Of a stretch of DNA of 64,000 nt, positions 39,077 to 52,364 are shown piece after piece (the first letter of the stretch is position 1; the number at the start of each line of letters is the position of its first letter). The stretch comes from Hydrolagus colliei (taxonomy: Eukaryota), in NCBI GenBank assembly GCA_035084275.1, contig CM068756.1, positions 6,200,001 to 6,264,000 on the forward strand, in the 5' to 3' direction. Made by a program: the position numbers and the translations under genes. The notes under the pieces are model-generated. The model had not been told where the DNA came from and made no database searches. It saw only the letters and a program-made list of their open reading frames with translations.

Positions 39077-39427
39077 CCATAAGAAAGCATCAAGTGAAGA
39101 AGCCCTTTGGGCTCATTTGGTCTCAACCTTCCACCCTACCATCCTCCCATCACTACATCAAGTTGTTCTTTACATGAGTTCAGCATCAGATTTTAACTGT
39201 AATTTAAAATATTTGCCAGAATCCAATCTATAGCTTCAATACATTAATATGGAGCTAAAGTAATGCATAAAATTAAGGATCGTTATTTGCGATCTAATCA
39301 ATATTGTACTTTAAAATCATTTTTCAAAAAAAGTGCCCTGGAAATATTGACAGATTATTATGCACTGGTCTCAACTACCCTTCCTGGTAACCTGTTTCAG
39401 TCATTAAATACCCTCTGGATAAAGAAT
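39077..39427 (-). mobile_element. CR1 3' end interrupted by a 182-bp insert
   Basis: CATAAGAAA...GAAGAAGCCCTTTGGGCTCA up to about 39184; resumes TCTCAACTACCCTTCCTGGTAACCTGTTTCAG...ACCCTCTG at about 39369. Confidence 0.65.
39185..39366 (+). repeat. Local direct duplication, copy 1 (pairs with 39989-40173)
   Basis: Collinear from ATCAG.TTTTAACTGTAATTTAAAATAT to ATTATTATGCACT in both copies, with scattered substitutions. Confidence 0.95.
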
Positions 39428-39444
39428 GTGTAAAGTCATTCACA

Positions 39445-39905
39445 CCACAAGGTCCTACCTTTGATTCCTGGTCCATACTGAATGAGTTATTCTAAGCAAT
39501 TTGGCACTGCAATGGGCCACATGCCTAATAATAATCCCTCAAAAAAATCAATAATAAATTGGTCAATTCAATCCACGACTGTTTGTGGGACACTGCTGTG
39601 TGGAAATTCGCTGCCGCCACGTTTCGCCCGCAAATATACGGTCAAATTACTTTACAGTAAATTCTGCGAAGCGCTTTGAGACATCTATAAGATGTGAAAA
39701 GTGCTATATCAGATGCGAGGATAATTATTATTGTCGGCTGTAGGAGATGAACAATGAATCCCTTTTCTTAATTCTAGTCACTGTCCAGTGTGTCTAAATG
39801 GAAATGTATAAGGATACGATCCATCTTAGCTGTAACTCTCCCCGCGGTCAATTAGCCTGACTGTGGAGTAAAATTTAGACAATACCCAATCAGAAAACTT
39901 GGCCT
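39445..39905 (+). mobile_element. AmnSINE2-like element split by a family-A SINE
   Basis: AAGGTCC...TTGATTCCTGGTCCATACTGAATGAG...GGCACTGCAATGGGCC, then after 39732 CACTGTCCAGTG...AGCTGTAACTCTCCCGCGGTCAATTAGCCTG. Confidence 0.55.
39522..39732 (+). mobile_element. Family-A SINE, 5'-truncated
   Basis: GCCTAATAATAATCCCTC...CAATCCACGACTGTTTGTGGGACACTGCTGTG...GAAGCGCTTTGAGACATC. Confidence 0.9.
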
Positions 39906-39988
39906 TCTTCGAAGTATGGAATTTCATTGTCATCCTATTCACTCTCATTATATAAAAGCATAATATTTAGCCCAAGTATTCCGTGTTT

Positions 39989-40173
39989 ATCAGGTTTTAA
40001 CTGTAATTTAAAATATCTTCCAGAATCCATTCTATAGCTTTAATACATTAATATGGACCTAGAGTAATAGATAAAATTAGGCATCGTTATTTTCGATCCA
40101 ATCAATATTGTATTTTAAGATCATTTTTCAAACAAAAATGTCCAGGCAATATTGACAGAGATTATTATGCACT
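39989..40173 (+). repeat. Local direct duplication, copy 2 (pairs with 39185-39366)
   Basis: Collinear with copy 1; sits in unique AT-rich DNA. Confidence 0.95.
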
Positions 40174-40374
40174 TTTCTACAAATGGTCTGAAATACAAAT
40201 GGATGTCCTGACATTCCAAATTGTATAAGTTATCATGAAGATGAGCTCAAGACATCACAGTAATAAGATCTGTCAAGTCGCTAAATGTGATGGATAACTG
40301 TAACACAGACATTGAAAATATCCCAAGTCATTACTATGCCAGGCAGCAGTGCACATTTTTGTTCTTCTTTAAAA

Positions 40375-40605
40375 AGTGACCACCTCCTTCCATCTCCAGG
40401 CAATGCTTCGTACCACACTGCCACCTCTGAAACCCCTATCCATCCCTCAGTCACCTCCAGATTAGATTTTTCCCATACTCTCCTCGTTACGGTCTCTGGT
40501 TTCACCACACACACAATTTTAACTCACCCAGAACTTTGTTGCCCTGGTCCTTTTCTATTCAAGGTTCTGCACTTAAATGTCAAGCTATACTGGCTCAGGG
40601 TGGAT
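40375..40605 (+). mobile_element. L2 ORF2 fragment
   Basis: Reads SETPIHPSVTSRLDFSHTLL and KLYWLRV, versus the L2 pattern ETLIHAFVTSRLDYCNSLL ... LHWLPV. Confidence 0.8.
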
Positions 40606-41194
40606 AGAAACATCCTGACCGGATTCCCAATGTTAGTACTCAGTAAGAAAACATAACTGAATGCATTTTTGCCATTCAAATATTTATTATACAGAACTAT
40701 TTTTTGTACACTGCCTTCCATTTTCTTACTTCTCACGCACGTGTTTTCCATCTTTTAGAATTCTACAACAATTTTCCACAAGGTTAATGTTGTTGAAAGT
40801 GTTGAAACAAAATACTGTCCAACGAAAACTCGAATGCTGGTTCTGTTAAACCATCCAACCACATGATTTTACTTTGCTCTCTGCAGAAATACTCCATTGA
40901 TCATTATGGATGTTTCTGTAGTAACTCTCATCCCCCACTGATACACACACACATCACATTCTTTTCATTTGTCAAAAGAAAATTAGCTCAGCAGCACTGT
41001 GGTGAACATTCCCCTCATGCCCTGTGGTTACAGATTTGAGCTCGTTCAGGGGCCGAGTTCTGCCCCTAGTCTCGCATGTGGTTAGTACAGACCAGTATGA
41101 CAGTCTCCTAAACTCAATATCTATGCGCTGTAACTTTTATGTTGCAACACTATGTTTAGTTTGGTAGAAGTTATTACAGACAAACAATGCCATC

Positions 41195-41375
41195 TTTTTA
41201 ATATCAAGCGAGAGCCAGAATAATTACTGTGAACAGCCATTATAAAAATAGGGACACGTCACCTCCGTGATAACGTTCACAGTTATTATTCAATATAATG
41301 CCTCTCGACCTTGTCTCTCAATTTATTTCAGGTTCCATTTAATGATATGCTGCGTGACATTTATTGTAGTGGGAA
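41195..41375. promoter_or_regulatory. Candidate conserved non-coding element
   Basis: Repeat-free, retains several CpGs, dense in TAAT/ATTA, TTTAT and TGAC motifs. Conservation not tested. Confidence 0.35.
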
Positions 41376-43807
41376 CTCAGTCAGAACACTCAAAACATTC
41401 AGCTCGGGAGCAATCTTTTACATGAAGACGGCAGCTTATCAGAATATTTTGGTGTTCTAAACATGTCTGATATCGAAAGGCTTTGTTTTCTTTTCGAAGT
41501 ACTCTGAAAGTTTTCATATTTAATCAGGTACCGAACACTTCAGAGTGAAAGGAACTACTTGGGGGTCCTTAATTTCCCTCTGTGGAAACCCGCAGACTGT
41601 CACAATCTGGTGCAATTATGCCGAGTTAAATGTGATAGTTTCTCGAAAGGTATTTGACATCTGCGCACAAAAAAAGAATGAGCCATAATTCTCTCAAAAA
41701 CATGCATGAAATAAAAGGGAGTTTATTTTACAAGCCAGCTTGCTGTGGCTGAAGCTTGATGATATGTCTGTTCTCTTCCATGCCATTATCTGAGTACTTG
41801 AACTCTGGATAACAATGACTTCATACAGAATGAGAAGTGCTAGCCTTTAATTGTATGTATTTAGTCACGCAAACAGAAGCAATGGCCTGAGAATGGCTAG
41901 TTAGCCAATGACATCATGTAGCTTCCTAGCCTTTACAAATGGCTCAGTGGAGCTATTGCAAATTTGCGCTGATATTAGATGAGCTGGGGTGTAAATCCCA
42001 GATTTAGATCAAACTGTGTAGCTTGGTCTCTTCTCCAAACATCCCTTCCATTCCCCACTGCCACCCCTACCAGCCAAACACCATACACTGAAAGGGAAGA
42101 AAGAAAACATCAGGAGACTGGGTGGTTTATGCAGAAATCCTCTCTGTCAATCAATTCACCATGTCTGCATGAAACTGATGATCGCATCATCATGTTAGTT
42201 TGCCTGACTTGCTTTGCACAAAGAAGGTGGGAAAATGTTCTCAAGCAGGGATGTTAGTACTTGAAAAATCAATCACCATCTGTGCTCATTTTCTGAAGAG
42301 GAGAAAAACAACCTCTGTTTAAAAATACACTAGAATAAATATCTCTTAATGTTTGGAAATAAACTACAAGGTCACAGAGAAGATGGCAATTACAAAAGAA
42401 CAAACAGTGGCTGCTTTGAATGACTTCATTATTTAATATCACAGCTTAAATGTATGTCTTTGCACCACAGTCATGCTTCCAGAAATAGAATTTGAATCCA
42501 CCTACTGAGTACCAGCATGTGCAAGGGTTACAGAAAAGTTGTGGAGAAGAGCAACACCACATAACTCTGTGAAGCATGTGATGGTAGGACCCTCTGCGCT
42601 GTACAGCATTGAAATGTTTTCGCTGCAATGCTGCTTCTTTTCAGTAGCACAGCTGTGTGAAAACTGCCAGTAAAAAAGTATGCTGAGGCAGCAAAACCAT
42701 TAAATACTCAACAAACAGTTATCTGAGCCCCCTTCCCAATAACTGGCCATAACATAATGTGACCTACTTAACAAAACAAGTTTGGAAGTTTCACAGCAAA
42801 GAGATTTTTGACAGTGAGCAAATTCACTCAGTTATAATTAGATTTGCGTTATTTTTTCTTCGCGAAGTTTTGCCTACATATGGCTGAAATGTGCACAAAT
42901 AGTGTGAAGTAAAATGTAAGACAGCAAAATTTAGATGGCAATGTTTTGTGGTTAAAGAGTAACCAAAAATAATAACGCTTTATTTTCTCTAAAGAAAGTC
43001 TTTTCATGTTGTTTATTAAGCAAAAACCAGCTACATTTTTCCATGGCTACCATAATAAATCATGAATTAAAATAAAGCGTATGTAGTGATACAATAGCTT
43101 TATCTTTCAATGTGTTTCAGAGGCTTGGGAACTTTATGGCTTCCTAACAAAGCATTCCATTCTCAACAATAGCCACCTTTCACCAGAACCGAAGGACAGT
43201 TTTTATTTGGAGAATAAAACTTATTTGAGGCATCAATCAAGCAGAAATCACTTGAAATTGCCCAAATTCCCAAGCAGTACTTAAAAAGGTGCAACAAATA
43301 GAATCAATCAACCTGTGGCACTTTTAAGCAAACAAAGATAAATGTAGTCAAGATCTTTGATAATGCTGCAACAGAATTCATATAATCCATGTCGGCAAGT
43401 CCGAGCATATCACTTCTCTTTAAGTGTACCATATATACATACAGTATTTCTTTAGTACCACGTGTATTAATTCTCTTAGTAGTCAACCAAACTTATTGCA
43501 CAAACATTAACTACTGTGGGGAGCTATAGCAGTAAACTTGTGAACCCTCACTTTACAGAATTGCCTAAACCCGTGAATTTGATGCCTAAAGATAAAACTA
43601 TAGTCAGGAACGCAAGTTCATAGCTCTAACTTTCGGAGCAAAGGCTACTTAATTTTGTGAGAATTACAATCAATGCAATATGTTTTGTGTTCTCTTGAAT
43701 TAAATTTATTTTGAAATGGTTCACTTGTTTTAGAAAGGATGCACTGTGTCCTCTGTCAAGTTAAAAATATTGTTCCTAGCTTGAATCTGGCATAGCGATC
43801 ATGCCCT

Positions 43808-43865
43808 GAACAACAACAACAACTTGTATTTATATAGCTCCCCTCATGCATGATAGTGTCCCAAC
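43808..43865 (-). mobile_element. L2 3' tail remnant
   Basis: (CAA)n followed by CTTGTATTTATATAGC. Confidence 0.7.
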
Positions 43866-44254
43866 TGAGGGTGTTTAATTTTTACCTTACAATTTTTTTC
43901 TCCTGCAACTAGTGACTCATGATGGGTCATGATTTCACAAGTACTGGGAATCCTACAGCTATTTGTGCGATGATTCCTGAACCTGGTGAGTTACCAGGTG
44001 TCACACATAAAAGTTCACACTGGAGAAGTTCCCATGAAGAAGCCCATTTGATCTCATTCCTCAAGAAACTGATCTTACCATCAACTAACCAGAGGTGTAT
44101 TATATGTACGAGTGCATTGTTCACAGTCCTTCTTCATAAAGCATGCAAGCTGTTGAATACTCTGTGTGAAGATTTTTTTCTCCTAAATGTGCTCTATACA
44201 ACATGTCCCCAAATAATGGCCCAGTTCTAATGTGATAAATCCTAGTAGATCGGT

Positions 44255-44318
44255 GGTCTACTTGACCACTAAGGCCACCATAACCAAGTCTGATCCTATC
44301 CTCACTTCATATCTACAA
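44255..44318 (-). mobile_element. AmnSINE2-like fragment
   Basis: TTGACCACTAAGG...CATAACCAAGTCTGATCCTATCCTCAC. Confidence 0.45.
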
Positions 44319-47300
44319 GGAATAATAAAGATAAAAGTTTTTTTCCAATATGTGGAGACTCTTTCGTCATGGCAATTGTTTAGCCTTGGTGGTTCTCATT
44401 AAGAGAGGGAAATTAACCGTTTGATACCAGAAAGATGCTTTTAGTTTATTCATCATATTTGCCTTTTTACCCCAAAAGTTACATGTTTAGCCTTGCAGTG
44501 CCATTTAACTGTCTCTGTGGAAAAATGGCTATTCAAATGGCTATTGAGATTCTATAATAGCAGATACATATGAGATCAAACAACCAAACAAAATACAATG
44601 CCTCAAGCTGAGTTTTTACACATCTAATGATCTGCAGTAAATAGAATGTAAAATTAAATGCACATTTATTTTTGGAACAATGTAATAACCTCTATACTGT
44701 TGTATTTGAATGAGTTCCATTTCAGACTTGCTGTACAAAGCAATTACTTCGAAAATAAGATGGTTCCAGAGAATTTAACAATAAGTCTCAGAGTAAGAAA
44801 TAATGGAATAATTCTCTGTATAGTCACTGAGGTAAGTGGCTATGTAAGTGGAGTAGTGGTCTTACAGAGCACCAGTCTTCCATTCAGCCCAGAACTTTTT
44901 CCAACAATACGTGAATAAATGTGAAATTTCATATGTTCCATCTTATATCAAGAGTGCTGTAGTCTTAAATTTAGATAGTATTGGTAGTTCAAATATCAAA
45001 GCGCTATATCAAATGCAAGGATTGTTATAGTCGTAATGCAATGTCATTGAACTAAAAAAAATACCCTCAAAACACAAAGAGATTCATTGTGGCACTAACA
45101 GGGACTATTCACTGGTTGTCTTCTTGTTGCCAGATAAACTCCTCTGGAATGGATTGTATCTAGCAATTCGTACTACAGTTGTGATATCTTAGCGTACATT
45201 CAAACAATTTCTCCATGGCTGAGTTTGTCTGTAACATTCTAATGATAGAATGTATCCAAATGTGGTGGCATCTATATCTGAATGTCTCTAAATCTAATGT
45301 CACCTGCCCCGAACAATGTGCTTACAGCAAAAAATGGGTTTGATAGTTCTGATGGCTGGGTTTGTCAGCAAACAAGTGATAGCTGGCTGCATGTTAAACA
45401 TCTTTACATTACGAACTGGATTCAGAGCTTTGTAGTCTTTTCATGATTGCTTAACCGCTGAGAAGTTCATTTTATCGGCATCAGTTCATAATAATCAAAT
45501 ATGTGCTTATCTCCCTGACCTTGAAAATACTCTTTCACAATTTTAATTAGGATTCTACTGCCAGGTTTTCAGTTGCACTTTTATTCATTTTGTCAAGGAT
45601 TTGGTGCTTTTGTTGTGATAGTTGACTAAAATACAGAAGCTGTTTTTACAAAAAAAATCTTTGCTGATTTCTTTGATTCTATTCTGAGCCAAGGTTCGTG
45701 GTAGTCAGCATTATTAGATGGCATTGCCTTAACAATCTAGCCTTAATCCTGAACTCGGGGAAAGCATTTGCTATTATTCAGATGTTATTACCATATTCCA
45801 CTTGTTTAATTCAAGACTTGTAGCTGGAAATAGCAAACCAGGGGCAATGCCACTGAAAGATTAGGCTGACCATTTGTAAAATACAACAACCAGTAAGTTT
45901 GCTTTTCGAGGGAAAAGTCTACCTTTAGTTTCCTGATCGGTTTGAAATGAATACAATTGACAATAGCCCAACTGGTGGTAATTAATACAATGAATTCACA
46001 ATACATCAATCTTGATATTAAGACTTGGCTGGTATTAACGTCAGCTCACAAACGTCTGATGTAAATAAAATATTTATACGGAGCAAACAATCTCTGTGAC
46101 ATAAGTCAAGCTGCCCTCTACATGAATATATTGAGGATAGCAGGACCCACAGGATAAAGGAACGCCACATACGACTGAACATGCCAGACACTAACAGTTG
46201 CATCTTGGAGCGTGAACAGCCAAGATGCTGAAAGCCTTCACTCTACATATAAAATAAGAGTGGAGCATAGGCATGGAGGGGGAAGGAGAAACTTTGGAAA
46301 CTAAAAAAAAATGTAAAGAAATGTAAAGAAAACATCCAAGTATACATTCAAATCAGGATGCAGATCAGTGCAATTTACTTCACTGTGATAGTTGTAAATT
46401 AAGGAAAAATACAATGTCAGCAATGTCATTGGCCATTACTGGAACAATTTGTGCATCGAAATTAGTTAGATTTATTCTATTTAGACATTTATAAACTGGT
46501 TGCTGTCAACCTTCGGCAAGACTGAATCTTGCGCAGGGTGATTAATTAGGTTGTGTGCCTCACCTCAGCCAAAGGACAGCTGGTGACTAGCCTGAGAACC
46601 ATGAAAAGATCTTCAAAGAACGTATGAGGGCTCTAAATGGCAATATTGCAGAGTGCTATATAGCGCTAGTAGGTTCTGCACTAGGGAGCTAAATGCTAAA
46701 AGTTCTTCACAAATTGTGCCAGCCATAAGTAGGTGGCCTTGGACCTTGACTTGGATCTTCATTCTTGCAGCCTGAAGAAGCAAGTGCTCTACCCTTGCCC
46801 AGAATGTTTCCATGACTATTAAAGGGTTAGCCTAGGGCTAGTATTGTATTGGTCTCTGGGTGACGTTTACCTCCAGATGGTGCACTGTGATCGCACCACA
46901 CAAAAAAAGGGCTTTCCTCGTACTGAAAAGTAGAGTGTGGAATAGCTTTGGTGACCACTGTTCCCCTCTCACCCGAGGATTGTACTTCATTACAAGCCTA
47001 AGATGGTTGTAGCCCCAGGGTTTGATAAAGTGGAGCAGAGTGAAGATGACAGAGATAAGAAGGACATTATCATGTTCCATTATTAACTTATTAATTTTGG
47101 CATTTAAACTCCCCCTGCCACCCCCCTCCCCCACTCCCCACCACCACTGAAAATGCAGTATTTCTCCAGAGGCCAAAGAATAGTTTATATAGTTTGAGTG
47201 TATGAGGAATATGTACGTACACAGCGCTTAAAAGTGTTGAGTGTGGATAGGTTTGCACTGTGGGTTCAAGCTTAGTAAAGAAATACATTATGAATGCTCA

Positions 47301-47596
47301 ACTCCTTTCACTTCGGGTCCAGCAGAAATCAAAGAAGCACTTTCATCTTATCAGCTGTGTTAGTTTCAAACGCAATCTTAGGTATGAAGTGATAACATGC
47401 TCATTTTAGCATCTTGTTCCCAAGCCTGAGAAAAATACAATTTGTTACTGTTTAACTTTGTACCAATATACCTGTGCACAGAATTTTGATTTTTTAAATT
47501 GAAACCATGAATATACCTAAATAAACCTCCCCTATTTGTGCTGCTCTCAACGATGCCTTATTCATAGACTTCCAAATGATGTGCAGCAACACATTT

Positions 47597-47693
47597 TTAT
47601 TTGGACAGCTTTTTCCAAAGAGTCGGCATAGATACGATGGGCCAAATGGCCTCCTTCTGTGCTGTATAATTCTTTGATTCTTTGATTCCATGA
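47597..47693 (+). mobile_element. CR1/HE1-type 3' tail
   Basis: GGACAGCTTTTTCCAAAGAGTCGGCATAGATACGATGGGCCAAATGGCCTCCTTCTGTGCTGTA followed by octamer repeats (ATTCTTTG)n. Confidence 0.85.
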
Positions 47694-47699
47694 ACACTG

Positions 47700-47882
47700 C
47701 CCTATAACACCTGACAAGGGATATACTGCTGCTTTTCCCTTCCACCATAAATGGAACACTGCCATTATAAAGTGCTTTATCCATGTTGAGAATTGATTTT
47801 GGATAGTTGATATCAGTGGGATTTTGGCCTGGGTCCCCAGCATGGAAATCAAACGCTCGATTGCTATAGCTACCACAGAACA
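47700..47882 (-). mobile_element. Decayed tRNA-headed SINE
   Basis: Minus strand reads TGTGGTAGCTATAGC...GAGCGTTTGATTTCCATGCTGGGGACCCAGGCCAAAATCCC. Confidence 0.4.
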
Positions 47883-49014
47883 TTCAGGAATCCCTTTTTT
47901 GTCAGCAAAGAATGTTGAATTCAACAAACTCTTGGGAGTAAACGGTGCATTGACGCAAGTAACAGATTGGGATATCTGAGAAAGAAAGTACAAATACAGT
48001 AGTTAGAATTCACCTATAAGTGTAGGGTCAGAACAGGTAGAATAAACGTTCATGCCTAGAATTGATCCAAAAGGTGCGCTTGACCTTTGCTCCATTGTTA
48101 CCAAAAGGATTGGAGCATAGAATAGTTGTTTTCTGAAAGGAAAGATGATAAATTGGAGCAAGCTCCTTTAGCGATTGTGGACAGTAAGTGGACATTTCGA
48201 AAGCCAGCTGAATAGGAGCATTAAAGGGGCCTGGATTTCCTCAAGCAGTGCTGAGAAAATGTTAAACAGATTGAGGTAGAATCAGACTATAGACAGTACA
48301 CACCTTGAACCCTGCCTGCGTTTACTCGGAAAAGCTTCTTTTTGTAGAAAAGCGTAAATTGATTACTTTTGAAAAGCAACCTCAAACTCATTTGATCTGC
48401 AATACTGGAGAGGCCCCAAAAATTATATTTTGAGAGTTTTTTTTTGAAACTATCACAGATACATTAGCATGAAGTCACGCCGTATGCATAAAATAACCGC
48501 AGACTGAAAATTTTCCCACTGTATCCAAGTATTTCACACGCTTTTATTTATTTAACACCACACATATAGTTTTAAACTCTTTGACAGCACAGATTTCAAA
48601 TAATGAACCAGCTCTAATGTAACAGCTATCAATCAAGATGCAGAGCATGGTTTTAAAACTTTAATTAACAACTGGCAGGTTTGCCGTTTGTTCACACCTC
48701 TTAAAAAAAGATTATTTAGAGTTTAAAATATTTGTCACATGTACCCAACAGCTTGGAAAGGAACATTTGTTACCTCAGCTCATTGTTTAGACTACAGACT
48801 GCATATTGCTACAAACCATTGGTTTGTATAATAGCTTTAAGGGATAATGCAAAAATGTTTTACAATACTTAGGTTTCCGGCATTACTAAATTGTTTTCTT
48901 CTCCTGCTATTTACTAGGTATGTCAAAAATATATAGTTTAAAGACATGTTATATAGGGTCTTTGTGTACTCTTCTACCACCCACTCCCTTCGTCCTCTCC
49001 TCCCCAATGGAGAC

Positions 49015-49360
49015 TTTTGAGTTCAAAGTGCTAGCCTGATATTCCAGTGCAGTACTGGGAGAGCATGCATTGTCCCTAGAGCAGTCTTTTTGATGAGGCG
49101 TTAAACTCAGGTCCTGTCTACCTTTTCCCACGGACATTAAAGATATAATGCACTATTTGAAAAGAGAAATTAGTTGCTCCCAGCAATACTCCAGATGAAT
49201 AGTCATTCACTTCATGACTTTGTGGGTCTTACTATGTGGGAGACCGGCACCTATGTTTACTTTCAAAAACAGTCACTACACTTGAGTGCAATTACCTTTG
49301 AAGTGCTCTGAAATATTTTAACATCAAAGGCTCAATCTAAGATGCAAGAATAATTATTAT
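49015..49360 (+). mobile_element. Deu-domain SINE
   Basis: CCAGTGCAGTACTGGGAGAGCATGCATTGTC...GTCTTTTTGATGAGGCGTTAAACTCAGGTCCTGTCT...GCACTATTTGAA, tail ATGCAAGAATAATTATT. Confidence 0.85.
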
Positions 49361-52300
49361 TAATTTCTTAATTAAGAAATCCATTAAGAACTCCTGCAAA
49401 ATTGATCCCGTCTTCGAATATACACCTCTGCATGGATCGGTATCCTTTTAATTGAAATCAGGTTGGTGAACCACTGCCATTCATTTCCCTGCCCTCAACA
49501 CACACATACACACACCTTAGGTCTCCCCAGCTGGCGAGGCTTCCTCTAAATCTAACGGTAATTGCCAGGAGTCACACAAAAATAGCCGAGGAATGTCCTT
49601 TGAAACAAATTATTCTCCCTTTCGGTTGTGGTTGTGGTGGCGGGGGGTGGTGCTGGTGATATCTGGCCTTGCTCCATACCTCCCCATTACATTTGTGGAT
49701 GTACGGGGCATCTTCCACCAGAGGAATCACAGGTTCATTGAGCACCACATCACTGTGGAGTCCCTGCGGGCCACACAGCTTCTGCTACCAATTGGAATTT
49801 TGAAACTCAACACTGTACGTTGTTTTTTCTGACACGAGAAAGCAAATCTGCTTCTATATTGCCACCATCTGAAAGTTGGAATAGAACGGCAGCTTAAGTA
49901 GAGAGCAGGGAGCAGATTTCCTAATCACCTCCTCAGTCCAGAATGATATATGATGGTGGTGAAATGATATATAAAAAAAACACACGGTTCAGGTTAAAAA
50001 AAATCTTTTAACAAAAAAGACATTGAAGGATGACATGAAGTGCTTGCAAGCCTGAGGCATTCCAGATATCACTGCTTCATCCATGTTGAATTTTATTATC
50101 TTTCTGAGCATTTTAAGCCAAGGCTTTTCAACCTCATTAGAATCTTTTGACAGAATTCACGCAACGTGAAGTTGGATTCTGTGCCAAGCACTAAAGTCCC
50201 CAGTCACAATTACTTCTGGTAACGAACAGAATACCTGTCTCTCTGCAACTGATAACTTTTTTTTGAAAAAACAAGAAGGGATAACCTGGTGTGCTCTTAA
50301 AGGGGCAGGCACCTTCAAAACTTCCCCCGAGGTCCACACTGGCTTTAGAATCTTTCCCATGGTGAGGAGAATGAATAAGGAAGAATGTGCTTTGTTTCGT
50401 CGAACCGGCAGTTCTAAAGGATCCGCAGCAAGTTTTTTTTTGTATATGAGTTTCAAACAATTTTGAAGTGTCTGTCTTTCAACTGTGGAAAATTAGGATT
50501 AGAGTTTAGTGCATGGGGGAAAATAGAAAGCAGCCATTTGGTTTTAATCTTAATCAATGGGAAGATGGAGGCAAAAGGTCGAGTCAAGGGATATTTTGAA
50601 CAAATCACAAACACATAAGAAATCAATAAATTCTTTGAGATTTAGCCTCTTTTTAAATGCAATTTGGTGCACATTTCTTCAAATAATAACATTATCCAGC
50701 CTGCCATTTCAAAGCATCATAAGAAACTATTTGGTGGATTTGAATAGGTTGTTGGTGTACATTTAACAAAAGCTGTTACAGAGATACAGTACTGTAGTAT
50801 TATTAGATCCCATTAATCATCACCGTGCTAAAGGCACTGACAACAACTATGAAAAGGATTTTACAGAGTATAAATAATGTGGTCTCTCTCTCTCTCATAC
50901 TATTGTGTGATGGAAAGGAATTGTAAGCACGGTGGGAAGAATAATGCCAAACAGTTAAGTTTTTAATTAATATTTATAAAAAAAGAGACAGAGTTGTAGA
51001 TATTAGAAATGTAAAATAATATACAAATGCTCATTGTGTTTCAAAGTCAGCACATTAAACTATCGCACCATTACAGAATTAACAGCGAGAGTGTTATAAT
51101 GCCTGCAGCCAAAGGCAGAAGGCTCGACTGCCGTCTCACAGTTTCACAAACGCAGGGGAACCCTCAAGTTGGCACTCTATAATCAGATATAAGGCCAGAC
51201 ATTACTTTAAAAAAATTATTTAACATTAATTTAATTAAATATTTTCAGTACAACTGAACTTTGTCATTTGTTCCCTGTTCCTCTCTCAGTAAAACCTATG
51301 CTTGACCACCACACTTAAGCAGTAGATTGAGCCCGTCCAGTCTGGCTTCCTGACATCTTTATGGACACTGTCAATTTAAATCCTTGACCACAACCTGGCC
51401 AAGGCTAGTGAAACGTGCTCCCCAGTGGAAGACTGAGTATAACTGTCAATAGAAACTAAGACTGAAACTAGCAGCTCCAGAGATAGGAGTCCAACACTCT
51501 TCTGCTGTGGTTACCTGGATCTATGTTCTAAAGAGTTTTACTGTTTCATCAGATATGTATCTAAGTTGACCAATTTGGGTATCATCATCTCAACAACAGA
51601 ATACTCTATGAATTGAGAAGAGGGTGGTTTACTAATGGTACAAATGCGCATTCTGTTATTCTCTGTCAAGTGACCAGCAAAGCAACAGACGAATATTCAG
51701 TATTCATCTTTCAATCTAATTTGATTTTTTACCAAAGGAATCCTTTTTACCATTGACAAATTATGAAACGAGCATTTGTAAAACCTTTGATTGGAACTGC
51801 TGTTCACATAAATTATGCCAGAGTGGTATTTTTCATCTAAATACTGTTTCAGTGGATTTTTTGTTTTGCCATCTTCAATGATTGCACAGAACATCCGAAA
51901 GTAGCAGAGTGCTTACCAAGTGCTCATAGAAACAAAATGACACCCACGACACGAGTGATGGAACACAAGTGACATAGAAGTGAGATCTTTGTCCAGTGAA
52001 TTTTTTTGGATAACGTATCAGAAAATGAAATGATCTTAAATAACATTAATGAAATTGATTTGATCCTTAATATGACTGTTTTAACTTAAGCCGTTTAATT
52101 ATTGTCGTGATGTTGACTTTCTTTTTGACCTTTAGCTTCATGAAAAATAATCAATGGGGAAGAAATTAACATGCGTGAAGACAGAAAGAAGTGAAAAAAA
52201 TTCTCCCATCCTGCCAGACAACAACACTACAAATGATAAGAATACCAAATGGGATGAAATAAGAAGCACATTTTACCATGTGCCATCTTACTTTGTGGCT

Positions 52301-52364
52301 CGTACCACCACAATCAAACCAGTTTGTTAATTAATCAATGAACATAATCGAACCTAAAACACAT

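Noticed and set aside
46200-46228. 9-bp hairpin GCATCTTGG/CCAAGATGC
   Set aside because: Too short for a pre-miRNA and expected by chance in 64 kb.
47562-47993. 143-aa and 129-aa minus-strand ORFs
   Set aside because: Built from a CR1-type tail and a decayed SINE; no protein similarity recognised.
49680-49784. 105-nt minus-strand open segment QKLCGPQGLHSDVVLNEPVIPLVEDAPYIHKCNGE with a gtatgg donor
   Set aside because: The acceptor lacks a polypyrimidine tract and the peptide is not recognised.
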